Of a stretch of 64,000 bases of DNA, positions 51,773 through 64,000 are shown piece by piece. The DNA is from Octopus sinensis (lineage: Eukaryota), in NCBI RefSeq assembly GCF_006345805.1, contig NC_043015.1, forward strand, positions 53,568,001-53,632,000, read 5' to 3'. Position numbers and translations under genes: made by a program. The notes under the pieces were generated by a model. It had not been told where the DNA came from, did no database searches, and worked only from the letters and a program-made list of their open reading frames with translations. Each line of letters begins with the position of its first letter. Positions within the stretch are counted from its first letter, which is position 1.

Positions 51773-51856
51773 TAATAATAACAACAATAATAAAAAATTA
51801 GTAGAAAAATTAGCGACTGATGTGGTGGGGACGGTATGGAAGAATGGGGAATCCAC
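51531..51856. repeat. 65-bp unique segment duplicated within (AAT)n (period 261 bp)
   Basis: Identical AAAAAATTAGTAG..GGGGAATCCAC at 51531-51595 and 51792-51856. Confidence 0.95.
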
Positions 51857-52174
51857 AATGTAATCACAGTAATAAAATGCAAGTCCTTACGAAAATATAA
51901 CTCACATATATACACTCATACGCACACACACATATCTATATATAATTATATATCCATATTCGCACAGGTATACACCTACATATGTGCAGACCTACAAACA
52001 CACGCATGCACAAATGTATGTGTATGCCATTGTCCAGGAGCCTCCTTGAGTTTATTTGCATATATTATATATGATATAAACACACCTGTGTCACTTAGCT
52101 GCTATGTGCGATTGTACATAAACACACCCTGTAAGTAAAATCATGTAACTATACTAATACGCTTATAGCTATGC

Positions 52175-52226
<52 letters not shown>

Positions 52227-52949
52227 ACACATCCATACACACACACACACCGCACACATATATATATGCATGCAAACTTGTGATTGTGTGACAGTTTCCA
52301 TATTTGCATTTACGACTATGTCTATCAATTTTGTAATGGCCAGTCGCCATCCCATATAATATGCAACAAAGTTGCTTGAAAATGACGGCCATAAAAGCAA
52401 GAGCAAAACTGAAGAACACCTCGTGACCTAAATGCAAAAAACAAAAAGAAAAAAAACAGTGAATGAAAAAAAAATCGAAACAAGAAACATGAAACAGAAA
52501 CTTTAAAAAAAAAGCGAGGAAAAAAAAATAGAGAAAATCAAGCATAATTTAGCACCGCAGGAATCGTATATTAAACAGAAAATAAAAATGAAAAAAAAAA
52601 CGTTAATAATGTTAGGCCATAAATATGGGTGATAAATGCGATAGTGTGTGTTTCGTGTAAGTGAGGCTGTGAAATTTGTTGCTCACTGAATGGACACCGA
52701 TAACGGAAAGGAAAAATAATAATTAAAAAAAAACTGCTCGACAAGGCTAGGTAAGGAAAATAACGGTTATTATCTTGATGAATACGTCAAATATACATTG
52801 ACCGTATAATGATGTCTGTGAACCTGTCAATCAAAGAGGTTTTACTCAGCCCGTAATTTACAAGTACTTATTTTATATCTACGTATATGCATGCATATAT
52901 GTATAAGATATATATATATTATATATATATATATATTATATATATAATG

Positions 52950-52980
<31 letters not shown>

Positions 52981-53392
52981 TGTGTGTGTGTATATGTATA
53001 TGTTTATGTGGACACACCTCATTTTGTATATTTTATACATATTAATAAATACGTACATATGCGTATGTGTATATATGTGTGTATGTATATAGATATATAC
53101 GATATATATATATATTTGTAAGTGACTGTGTGTATTTGTGTAAATCTTAGTCATGAAAATCACGAATATAATTTTCATGTGTATGTAGATATCTAAATAC
53201 ATACCTAATCAGATGGATATGCATACATACATCCATATACATATATAAATATATATAATATCACAAGTGCACAACATAGTTACAACGGGGCGTTGGCCAT
53301 TCAGTTGATTAGATATATTTATGTATCCACTGGACTATATATACATATCTATATCTGTATCTATATAATATATATTCTCCATTTTCTCATTT

Positions 53393-53427
<35 letters not shown>

Positions 53428-53481
53428 TGGTGTGTGTGTGTGTGTGGTGTGTGTGTGTGGTGTGTGCGTATATATATATAT

Positions 53482-53532
<51 letters not shown>

Positions 53533-54889
53533 CACACACATATATATATATATATACATACATACATACATACACACATACATCCATACATACATATAAG
53601 CACTACATGTATAGTTATATATTCGTATATGTGTACATACATTGTGCTATATATATACACATGTGTGTGCATTTGTGTATGCGTGTGTGCGTGTCTTTTC
53701 ATATACACTACATATACATACATGCATACATCACACATTACTGAGCTTCATTCGTTTAGTAAGTGGTTTCGTAGGAGATCATGTGATCCTGTGTTCGGGC
53801 CAAAGTAAGTGCAGTCGTAGATACATTTTATACTGCTACTTTTTATTATCTTTTTTTTATTATTGTTTTATATTGTATTATATTATATTTTGTAATACTA
53901 TATATTTTCATTTTATATCATATGTATATGATATATTTTCATTATATTATATATCTATTATATTGTATTAAACTGTTATGTGTATGCTATACTGCAATGT
54001 TTTACAGTTATGCTTTATCATATTAAGCGTTATTAAATCTCAAGTTATATCGTCGTCCATGTCTACAAGCGTATCCCTGACGGTCTATCTGCTGCCTGCT
54101 ATAGATATTGTAGAGCGTGTCGTGCCGGAGATCAAATGTCATACCGTCAATGGTACCCCTTTTGTTTTACTGCTAAGGTTATACACCACACAGGGGAATA
54201 TCACTATGTGAACCGTAGGTGTGTCTCGCACAGCTTGCTCTGTTGTCTGAATTCGCGGAGTTTTCCTCCGCCAATCAACGCGCCTGCTTAAATATCTACG
54301 CTTGCTGCTTATATACGCCATTGCCTCCATCAATAGATGAAACCTGCCTGGACAATTCTCTTCCATGTTCTCAAACAAATGAGAGCTTCCCTTCAGTCTA
54401 GATCTCAAATGTCGCCTCTTACTTATACGCAAGTTGCATGTCCTATTTTCCTGTGAGGCACAGATTTCTCGGCCCTTCTCAGCTAACCAGCACACACACT
54501 CTGCTCAAATTCATTCCAAGGTTTGGTAGTTGTGCACACGTAGACTCCATCATCATAAACGATTGATTTCAGCAATCATGACTTCCAAGTTCTATGGCTT
54601 CTCCTCCAAGAATATCTGCTCACTGTGTAAGTCGCACAAATCCTAAATTCTAAAATCACCAGGAACTTCTCGTTCATATTTCTTCAAATAAGCGCACATA
54701 TTTCAACTCTTCCTACTCCGTTCAAAATCTTTAAACCTACGAACTTGTAAAGATTATCACACTCTTCCACCGATGCTGCTGAAACTAGAGAAACGGGATA
54801 TTATACTATTCTAAGTTCTTTGAACCAACAATTTGGCGAAAATTAGCTACTAATTACTTCATTTAGTTGAAGGAAAATTCTTTGTAATG

Positions 54890-55130
54890 TAGCCTCAAGG
54901 CCTGGAATTTTGAGGGAACAAGTAGTCAATTACATCGACACCTTGCTCAGCTATTCAGCTAGTCCTTATTTTATCGACTCCATTGCTTAACTAGTACTTA
55001 TTTTCTCGACTCTCGAAAGTATAAAGGTCATATTCGACTGCATCGGAATTTGATTTCAGAAGGTAAATCCAGAATAAATGTCGCTGCACATTTCGTCCGG
55101 CATGTTAACGATGTTGCTATCTGGCGAATA
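54890..55130 (-). mobile_element. Diverged S1 SINE
   Basis: GGCCTGGAATTTTG..TACTTATTTT.TCGAC..CGGAATTTGA motifs. Confidence 0.7.
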
Positions 55131-55671
55131 ACGATAGTATTGAAGACTGCATCAGCGGTTTAACAATACCCCCAGAGCCTCCAATTTCCATCCACCATTC
55201 ACCAACTAATGGGCAACAAAAAATATTTACGGATATTTTTTTTTAATCCTAGCTTTTTTCGAGTTAGGTGGTGTCTCACAATTCTCCGAAACGTCATGAG
55301 GTAACTTTAATTAATCTTGTAGTGACCGTACATATGACTTTTAAATTGTTCCTTTCCGTTGTTCCACAGAACATATATAGACAATCTCTTATCCATAATT
55401 TTTCACGTACCTATAAACCAATAACCCGTTAATCAATATAGCATGGAATGTTTTGTTATTCCGGGATTATGCCATTGCGGCAGATAAGAAAACTATTAAG
55501 TTATTGTTATTATGGCTCAAGTTGTTACTGTTGTTGTTGTCGCTATTAACCAATGGAATGTGTAATAAATTGACAATCCTATTTTGTTAGCTGGGTTTTT
55601 ATTCCCTGAAGCCAATCTCTATTGTTAAGAGTTCTCATTAATATATCTAACATATATATAATATATATGTA

Positions 55672-55743
<72 letters not shown>

Positions 55744-55871
55744 ACTGTGTGTGTGTCTGTGCGTCTGTGTCTGTGTATAGAATTAATATATGTAATATAA
55801 ATCCATCTATATATACGGGTGTGACTAGGTATGTATATGTATATATAAACACATATGCATATGTCTATGTG

Positions 55872-55902
<31 letters not shown>

Positions 55903-55918
55903 AATATAATCAAAATAT

Positions 55919-55963
<45 letters not shown>

Positions 55964-55976
55964 TATACATACATAC

Positions 55977-56069
<93 letters not shown>

Positions 56070-56439
56070 ATATAATATATATATAATATATATACGTATG
56101 CGCATATGTATACATTCATATGTCTGCCAGACGGATTTTATTCTTTTTTGATACTTCATATTTTTTCTATTATGGCGACATCAACACGAAAATTTCATTC
56201 CGTTCGGATTGGTTTTAGACATTCTATTCTTTATTTTTGTTGCTGTTGTTGATGAAGTTTTCTGTTGTTGTTCACGATACTGCCTCACATTGTTGTAGCT
56301 ATTGTTGTGTTTTGCTCTTGATTTTTCGGACATGTTTTTGCTATTGCTTTTATATTTTTGCTGGTGATATTGTCGAAAAGAATTTTTTAGGTTTTGATAT
56401 ATCTAAAATTTTATTATAATTATCATTATTAATGCAGCG

Positions 56440-56650
56440 TAGTGGCAGAATCGTTAGCACGTCGGGGAAAATGTTTAGCGGTATTTCACCCGTCGTTAGT
56501 TACGTTCTAAGTTCAAATTCCACCGAGGTCGACTTTGGCTTTCATACTTTCGGAGTCGATAAATTGAATACCATTTGGACTCTGAAAATCGATGTAATAT
56601 ACTGATCCCCTCACCAGAAAACAACTACCATTGTGGCAAAATTTGAAACC
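56440..56650 (+). mobile_element. S1 SINE
   Basis: GGCAGAATCGTTAGCAC..GTTCAAATTCC..GAGGTCGACTTTG. Confidence 0.88.
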
Positions 56651-56671
56651 ATTCTTCTCCTTCTTCTTCTT

Positions 56672-56731
<60 letters not shown>

Positions 56732-56734
56732 TAT

Positions 56735-57281
56735 TTTGAGTGAGAGAGCAGTTCATGCCATCAAGTGACACTGGGGTAAATATACGAAGCCCAATATACC
56801 ATCATGACTACCCGTCTGATAAAGGTACACCAGGCACATGATCACAACCATATGTGCGCGACATGGTGATCTCATATCAGATAAACACACATGAACTTGC
56901 AGGTGGGGCCCAGTTAGAATTTTCTTCAGGTTGAGTAGCCCATCCTGCTCAAACGGTCCCTGAATAAGGGTTGCTTTAGGATGTTGAACGAAACACCTAT
57001 GTTTCCAGAGGTGAATCATTCAAACTCCAAAGAATCCCTCTCAACACATGGCCATGATGCTCCCCTACTACTTCTGCTCGTGATCAGAGATGCACATATC
57101 GTCAGCCACTAAGGGACATGCTCAATGGTAAGGTCAAACAACTGACAAGCAAACCTGTGGTATTGAGCAGAATATTTGCTGTAGCCCATCTTTATACAAC
57201 ACAAAACAATGTACATGATAACACTTCCAGTCAGTTAAAATCAGAAGCCTTGAGAGCCACTGCCTGGTACTGCATCAGGGC

Positions 57282-57284
<3 letters not shown>
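56735..57284 (-). mobile_element. Family S6 element, full-length, in (AAT)n
   Basis: Reverse-complement homolog of 50402-50942. Confidence 0.9.
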
Positions 57285-57337
<53 letters not shown>

Positions 57338-57434
57338 TATTATTATTATTATTATATCATTATATTATTATTTATTATTATTATTATATTATTATTATAT
57401 AATAATAATATAATAATAATAATAATAATAATGA

Positions 57435-58200
57435 GGCGGCGAACTGACAGAATCGTTAGCAAGCTGGACGAAATGTTTAGCGATATTCCACTATCACTGC
57501 GTTCCGGGTTCAAATTCAACTGATGTCGATGAATTAAGTTCCACTTGCGTACTGCGGTCGATCTAGTCTAGTGGCCCATCCCTCAAAATGTCAGGCCTTG
57601 TGCCTATAGTAGAAATTATTATTATTACAATTATTATTATTATTATTATTATTATTTGTAGTAGTAGTAGTAATAGTAGTAATAGTAGTAATAGTAGTAG
57701 TAGTATTATTGCTGCTGTTGTTGTTGTTGTGTCGTCGTCGTCGTCGTTGTTGTTGTTGTTCTTATTAAAGACGGCGTGCTGGTAGAGTCACTAGCACACC
57801 GGGTGAAATGCTTAGCGGTATTCCGCCCGTCACTAAGTTCTCAGTTCAAACTCCATCGAAGTCGACTTTGCCTTTCATGCTCTAGGGGGCCATAAAATAA
57901 GTACCAGTTGAACACTGGGGTCGATGTAACCGACTTATCCACACCACCGCACACTGCCCTGGTGGCAAAATTTGAGATGAAAGAAAAATTATTATTATTC
58001 TGAAGATGACGAGATGGCAGACTTGTTAGCACACCCGTCTCATTGCTTAACAACATTGCGCCCGTCGCTATATTCTGAGCTCAAGTTCAACCGATGTCGA
58101 CAATGTCTCTCATCCTTTAGGTGTCGATAAAACAAGTACCAGTTGAGTACTGGTGTCAATGTAGTTGACCCACCTCTTCCCTGAATTTGTTTGCGCAGCG
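57435..58200 (+). mobile_element. Three same-orientation S1 SINE copies separated by microsatellites
   Basis: Copies at about 57435-57615, 57770-57975 and 58005-58200. Confidence 0.85.
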
Positions 58201-58270
58201 CCGAAACTTGAATTTATTATCATCATCATCATCATTATTATTATTATTATTATTATATTATTATTATTAT

Positions 58271-59058
58271 ATGAAAACTCACAGCTTATATTGCCGGGTA
58301 TTATGGAAAGTATCAGCTGTCCACAGGCAACAGAGTAAGGTCACACTGTTTACTGGTCATGCTTCAAGAACCTTGCCAAGAATTCTTGTAGTTCCAGGCA
58401 ATGCTGATTTTTGTAGGCGTTCTACCTTCACAATTGCACCGATCATTTTTCAGCCATGCTGGTAGTTCAGTGCTGATACCTTGAAGTTCGGCAATTACTG
58501 TTGGTATCACGTCTACTCTCCTTCTGGTGTTTTCTCATACCACGTCCTTACTCTTTGTAGGCCTTGATTACCTACAGAGTTCCCAATGCATCATTCTTGT
58601 CATGCCGTCTTTCGTATTCGTGCTGTGCCAATTTCGGGCATTCGCTAATGATGTGCCATACCATTTCACATGGTGATCTCATATCAAGATAAACAGCGCA
58701 TGATCTTGCAGGTGTAGGCCAATCAGAATTTTCTTCAGGTCGAGTAACCCATCCCAATCAAAAGGTCCCTGAATAAGGGTTGTTTAAGGATGTTGAATGA
58801 ATCATCCATGTTTCCAGAGTGGAAATATCCAAACGCGAAAGAATTCCTCTCAACACATGGCTAATGTGTTCCCCCACTACTTCTGTTCGTGATCAGAGAT
58901 GCACATATCGTCAGCCACTAAGGGACAAATCTGTGGTATTGAGCAGAATATTTGCTGTAGCCCATCTTTTATACCAAGACAAAACAATGTACATGATAAC
59001 ACTTCCAATCAGTTAAGCTCAGAAGCCATGAGAGCCAGTCTGGTACGGCATCAGGGCA
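58271..59058 (-). mobile_element. Chimera: S6 5' part (59058-58668) fused to the 3' end of a Dong/R4-type ORF (58667-58271)
   Basis: WHIISECPKLAQHEYERRHD..WYEKTPEG [deletion] VIPTVI..LQKSALPGTTRILGKVLEA*; (AAT)n on both flanks. Confidence 0.85.
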
Positions 59059-59060
59059 AC

Positions 59061-59120
<60 letters not shown>

Positions 59121-59162
59121 GATTATTATTATTATTATTAATTATTATTATTATTATTATTA

Positions 59163-59244
<82 letters not shown>

Positions 59245-59264
59245 ATTTTTATTATTAGCACTTG

Positions 59265-59490
59265 TAAGGCGGCGAGCGGGCAGGAACGTAAGCACGCTGG
59301 GCGGAATGCTAAGCAATATTTCGTCTGTCCTTGTGTTCTGAGCTCAAATTCCGCCGAGGTCGACATTGCTTTTCATCATTTCGGGATATCGATAAATTAA
59401 GTATCAGTTGCGTACTGGTGTCGATCTAATCGACTGGCCCCTCCTCCCTCCCCCAAAATTTCGGGCCTTGTGCCGACTGTAAAAGAGATT
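59265..59490 (+). mobile_element. S1 SINE
   Basis: Near full-length, downstream of a (TTA)n/(TAG)n tract. Confidence 0.9.
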
Positions 59491-59989
59491 ATTAGCACAA
59501 GTGCTTCTGATGTCGCCTTCTGACACATTGTTTCTGTAGAACTGTAAATTCTGTCAACTTCATGCCTTCCAGTTGCCGCAGAGATGGAAGCAGATGTTCT
59601 GTTGTTCTGACACCATTCTATCTGAAAGCCCCTGTCCTTCATCACTTTGGCTGCTAACAGGCAGATAATAACATGGATATTAAAACGGAGATCATTAAGA
59701 CTTCGTTTTTCGTTGCTGTTGATGGAGGCGGTATCAGTACACGTGATTCTGATGTTGTTGTAGTTGCTGCTTGTCACCATTGTTGTCCTCTTCGTCAATA
59801 TCGTTGTTGTTGTTCTGTTCTTGTTTTCGTCGAAGTTCATGTTGCTTCCAGTTATGTGTTTGTGTGTTTTGGAAACACTTGTGTGGTAAAGTGTGAGTGT
59901 CTTTGTTCGCCTACTTGCTTGTGTCTGTGTGTCTGTGATCTGTGTGTGTGTGTGAGTGTGTACGAAATTTAGAGGGAGAGAGAGAGAGC

Positions 59990-60023
<34 letters not shown>

Positions 60024-60103
60024 GAACGACAGATAGAGAGAGACAGAGAGAGAATGAGAGAAACGGGTAGATAGATATAGTGTATAATCATATGTATATA
60101 TAG

Positions 60104-60325
60104 TCTTTTACTTTACTTGTTTCAGTCATGTGACTGCGGCCATGCTGGAGCACCGCCTTTAGTCGAGCAAATTGACTCCAGGACTTACTCTTTGTAAGCC
60201 TAGTACTTATTCTATCAGTCTCTTTTGTCGAACCGCTAAGTTAAGGGGACGTAAACACACCAGCATCGGTTGTCAAGCGATGTTGAGGGACAAACACAGA
60301 CACACAAACATACATACGCACACGC

Positions 60326-60384
<59 letters not shown>

Positions 60385-60562
60385 ATATATATATATATAC
60401 GATGGGCTTCTTTCAGTTTCCGTCTACCAAATCCACTCACAAGGCTTTGGTTGGCCCGAGGCTATAGTAGAAGAAACTTGTCCAAGGTGCCACACAGTGG
60501 GACTGAACGCGGATTCATGTGGCTGGTAAGCAAGCTACTTACCACACAGCCACTCCTGCGCC
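60104..60562 (-). mobile_element. SINE family S2, full-length, with internal (TA)/(TG) microsatellite
   Basis: Head GGCGCAGGAGTGGCTGTGTGGTAAGTAGCTTG; tail ending AAGTAAAGTAAAAGA. Confidence 0.93.
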
Positions 60563-61199
60563 TATATGTATGTGTATATGTATATATGTAGGTGTGTATG
60601 TTGAAAATAGTTAGAGAGAAAGTGATACAGATAGAGAGGAAGAAACGTAGAAGCAGAGAATATGTCATCCTTTGTACGTGTGTATGTGTGAATGTGGAGC
60701 TTAGAGAGAGACAGAGAGAGAGACACCCACACACACATAGAGGAAGAAAAGAGAGAGGGGGAAGACAGAAAGAAAAACAGACGAATTAAGAGACATAACG
60801 GGAGAGGACACGCAAATGAGAAAGAGACAAAGAGGTGTTGAGAGAAATATGGAGCATGGAACCATGGGAATGTGTTTGATTGTGGGTTGTTTGTGTGCTG
60901 CGCTTGTAAGTGTGAGTCTGTGTAGATGTAGATGCATGCGGGCCTGGCCCGATGATGAATATTTTAAATGTGAGGGCAACATGAGAGAGAGAGGGAGAGT
61001 GAGAGAAGAGCGAGAGAGGGAGTGAGAGAAAAGGGGAGAGAGAGAAGGGGAAAGAGTGAGTGATGAGAAGAGAGAATAAAAGGAAAATACATCATAATAC
61101 ATTTATTATATTTCTGTATGTACGTGGGCGTGTATTAGTGTGTGTGTTTATATATATATATAAACGCACAGACACACACAATATATATATGTATATATA

Positions 61200-61352
61200 T
61201 ACGACGGGGTTCTTTCAGTTTCCGTCTACCAAATCCACTCAAGGCTTTGGTTGTCCCGATGCTATAGTAGAAGAAACATGCCCAATGTGCCACGCAGTTG
61301 GACTGAACCCGGAACCATATATTCGGTAAGCATGCTACTTGCCACACAGTCA
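61200..61352 (-). mobile_element. S2 SINE, head and body only
   Basis: Homologous to 60400-60562. Confidence 0.85.
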
Positions 61353-61356
61353 CTCA

Positions 61357-61428
<72 letters not shown>

Positions 61429-61429
61429 A

Positions 61430-61518
<89 letters not shown>

Positions 61519-61519
<1 letters not shown>

Positions 61520-61839
61520 TGAAGGCGCATGGTTTAGTGGTTAGCGTATTCGGCTGACGATCGTAAGTTTGTGAGCCCAATCCCTGGTGAGGCGTTGTGT
61601 CCTTCAGGAAGACACTTTATTTCACGTTGATCGAGTCCACTCGTCTGTCAAAAATGAGTAGTACCTGTATTTTAAAGGGGCTAGACTTGTCACACTCTGT
61701 GTCACGCTGAATCTCCCTGAGAACTACGTTAACGATACACGTGTCTGGAATACTCAACCACTTTCACGTTAATTTCACGAACAAGCAGTTCCATTGATCG
61801 TATCAGCTCAGACCTCTTCGTCATAACCGACGGAGTGGT

Positions 61840-61840
<1 letters not shown>
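61519..61840 (+). mobile_element. SINE family S3
   Basis: TGGTTTAGTGG A-box-like motif, CORE-like GTGTCCTT..AGACACTTTATTTCACG and the S3 tail. Confidence 0.88.
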
Positions 61841-61872
<32 letters not shown>

Positions 61873-61875
<3 letters not shown>

Positions 61876-62274
61876 CGTAGTAGTAGGCGTGGGTGGTAAG
61901 TGGCTTGCTTACGAACCACATAGTTCCGGATTCAGTCTCACTGCGTGACACCTTGTCTTCTAGTATAGCCTCGGGCCGACTAAAACCTTGTGAGTGGATT
62001 TGGTAGACGGAGACTGAAAGAAGCCCGTCGTATATATGTATATATATATGTATGTGTGTATATGTTTGTGTGCCTGTGATTGTCCCCCCAGCATCGCTTG
62101 AGAACCGATGCTGGTGTGTTTACGTTCCCGTAACTTAGCGGTTCGGCATAAGAGAACGATGGAATAAGTACTAGGCTCACAAAGAATAAGTCTAGGGGTT
62201 GATTCGCTCGACTACAGGCGGTGCTCCAGCATGGGTACAGTCAAATGACTGAAACAAGTAAAAGAGTAAAGAGT
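61873..62274 (+). mobile_element. SINE family S2, full-length
   Basis: Head, body, internal microsatellite and AAAGAGT tail repeats. Confidence 0.9.
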
Positions 62275-62333
62275 ATATATACATATATATACATCTATAT
62301 ATATATGTATATGTATATGTATATGTATATATG

Positions 62334-62390
<57 letters not shown>

Positions 62391-62406
62391 TATATATATA
62401 TATATA

Positions 62407-62927
62407 GTTTGTATATTTCTCACGTATATAGGTGCATATTTAGACACGCTCATATATATTTAAATGATAAAGTTTTACAGATTTTTACATTTCCAATGAT
62501 GGATTGCATATGTAGTCTTCGAAGTAGCTGTCCCCTTTCTGATTTTGAGAATCTTAATTTCTAAAGATGAGTATTTAGGCACTATACATATCCCAGGGCC
62601 CCAATAATTACAGGTATAAACCTGAACTTTTAATCTGGATTGAGTTACTGCAGATTCCTCAATAGTTCAGCGTAGGTTTTCTCTTTTTCACTGATCTGCA
62701 TCTTTGTTAACATCCGCTCAGTTTCTCTTCTCTATCCCAAATCATAATATGAGGCCTGTTGAGCTTACATTTTATCGCGGTCTTCAATGGTACATTCCAT
62801 CAGTATTCCTTTTTATTATGAGTACCTATGGCTTCTAATATACTGTGGGTTCTTATTTCTTTGTCCTCTGGGTTATCCTTCCGACGGATTTTATTATAGA
62901 GTGTACTAGCTACATCTTATCTGATGG

Positions 62928-62930
<3 letters not shown>
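62407..62930 (-). mobile_element. RLE retrotransposon 3' fragment, same family as 2984-3542
   Basis: DVASTLYNKIRRKDNPED..KKEY*WNVP..NRPHIMIWDREEKL..EKEKTYAELLRNLQ..FIPVIIGALGYV; 5' end abuts (TACA)n. Confidence 0.85.
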
Positions 62931-62960
<30 letters not shown>

Positions 62961-63039
62961 TGTATGGATGGATGGATGGATGGATGGATGGATGGATAGA
63001 TCGATCGATCGATCGATGTTCATTTCTGTTTTAAATTTA

Positions 63040-63450
63040 TTTTAATTCTTTTTTCTGAGCAAGGAGCTGGTTTCTAAGAAAGATAAAAAAATTCCCTCCA
63101 TCTTTGGAATGTAGATAACGAAAACAATGTCACATTTTAAATGTGATAAAGGTCTTGCATATTTTACGGCTGCACATAGCGATTGCATTTGTAATGTGCA
63201 TGTTAGTTGACATGTTAGTTTCTGTAGGTAGGTAGGTACGTTGGTGGGTGGGTGGGTAGGGATGGAGGGAGGGAGTACGTAGATAAGGAGACAGGTGGTC
63301 TTCCGTTTTGTAATTAATTGAAGTATTCATGAAGTATTCAAGGAGCTGGTTTCTAAATATGATACAAAGCACCAGAGCTGGAATGTAGATCTTGAAAGCT
63401 ATGTCACACATTAAACTTGGGAAATGTCTTGCATATTTTTATTGTTGCAT
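63040..63450 (-). repeat. Two diverged tandem copies of a retroelement-like 3' end
   Basis: AAGGAGCTGGTTTCTA..TGGAATGTAGAT..ATGTCACA..GTCTTGCATATTTT at 63061 and 63340. Confidence 0.65.
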
Positions 63451-63582
63451 TTACGTAGTTGTAATGGCATTTTTGAGAAGAAAGCTTATCCAGATTTTCC
63501 CTTAAGCATTTACATATATGTATGAACGTGGGAAGGTAGGTGAGCATGCGTGAATGCAATTAGATAGATATCTGTCTAAAAG

Positions 63583-63900
63583 CACTCTGTAGGTCACGAG
63601 GACGAGGGTTCCAGTTGATACTATCAACGGAACAGCTTACTCGTGAAATTAACGTGCAGTGGCTGAGCGCTCCACTGTCACGTGTGTACTTAACGTAGTT
63701 TTCAGGGTTCTTTAGCGTGACATAAAGTGTGAAAAGGCTGGTCCCTTTGAAATACAGGTACAACTAATTTCTGCCAGTTGAATGGACTGGAGTAACGTGA
63801 AATAAATTGTCTTGCTCAAGGACATGATGCGTCGCCAGGAATTGAACTCACGACCTTAGAATCGCGAGCGGAATACCCGAACCACTAAGCCACGCGCTTT
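63583..63900 (-). mobile_element. SINE family S3
   Basis: TGGCTTAGTGG A-box, GAGTTCAATTCC B-box and S3 body on the minus strand. Confidence 0.88.
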
Positions 63901-64000
63901 AACGATATCTGTCTAGATCGACTGGTTTGAAATTAAGAACGTAGATTAAAGAAAACGAAACAGCGCAAGTAATTTTACTAACGAACATCAAATGTTGATC

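Overview
AT-rich animal non-coding DNA, heavily loaded with microsatellites and interspersed repeats. The SINE families look like those of octopus (coleoid cephalopod); this is my recognition, not a database result. I can support no intact protein-coding gene, and almost all ORF-track entries are translated microsatellites. The window holds many tRNA-derived SINE copies, two mariner relics, a Chapaev-like transposase relic, a non-autonomous Helitron, and several fragments of restriction-like-endonuclease (R4/Dong-type) non-LTR retrotransposons lying in (TAA)n or (CATA)n tracts. The main hidden signal is a set of roughly 19 minimal type-I hammerhead ribozyme (HHR) motifs, from intact to decayed, in about eight different repeat contexts. 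These include: a tRNA-headed SINE carrying an HHR, one copy of which has an inverted tail inside an 11-bp target-site duplication (TSD); a perfect 119-bp-arm palindrome encoding an HHR with a compensatory G3:C8 core on both strands; an intact HHR in a 401-bp retrozyme-like direct-repeat unit; and a decayed tandem array of about 200-bp HHR units. All RNA folds were assigned by eye, and ribozyme activity is untested.
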